NCBI RefSeq assembly: GCF_004010195.1
Contig: NC_057719.1
Coordinates: forward strand, 89,038,649 to 89,102,648
Length of the DNA: 64,000 nt
Origin: Chiloscyllium plagiosum
Lineage: Eukaryota
Direction: 5' to 3'
Shown here: in pieces, positions 63,796-64,000 of the stretch
Position numbering within the stretch: position 1 is the stretch's first letter
How the letters are laid out: each line of letters begins with the position of its first letter
Translations under genes and position numbers: made by a program
Notes under the pieces: model-generated
What the model was told of the DNA's origin: nothing
The model's database searches: none
The model's input: the letters and a program-made list of their open reading frames with translations, nothing else

Positions 63796-64000
63796 AGATA
63801 ATATATTTCAATGTAAGGTTGATGAGTGTTTCAAAGGGAACTTTTAGGTGGTTATGTTTCCATGTATCTGCTGCCCTTTTCTGTGTTGATGGAGGTGGTC
63901 ATGGGTTTGGATGGTGCTGTCTGAGGACATTTAATGAATTTCTGCAATGCATCTTGTAGATGCTAGACATTGTTGTCACAGAGTGTCTGTGGTGGAGGGA

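Overview
Repeat-dominated vertebrate genomic DNA, very likely from an elasmobranch (shark), inferred from HE1-like tRNA SINEs with CR1/HER1-like LINEs. It has two assembly gaps. Host genes: one coding exon of a RalGDS/RGL-family RasGEF (7437-7564, +), an intact 16-finger C2H2 zinc-finger gene (46233-47633, -) with a candidate 5' exon and CpG promoter, and a second CpG promoter near 60.5-61.1 kb. About 13.1-30.1 kb is a decayed class I (gamma/epsilon-like) endogenous retrovirus (gag, RNase H-integrase, env, PPT/LTR). It is fragmented by nested insertions, including a full-length Tx1-clade L1-like LINE with a 15-bp TSD. A diverged 28-bp satellite follows. The most interesting hidden signal is RNA-level: the terminal repeats of several different Penelope-like element (PLE) families carry minimal type I hammerhead ribozyme motifs (CUGANGA-N-stem II-GAAA-palindrome-UH) whose stems co-vary between families. 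These often sit in small head-to-head, TSD-flanked, ORF-less insertions, and are repeatedly degraded at core CpGs. All calls are by-eye motif recognition; no searches were run and most repeat boundaries are approximate.
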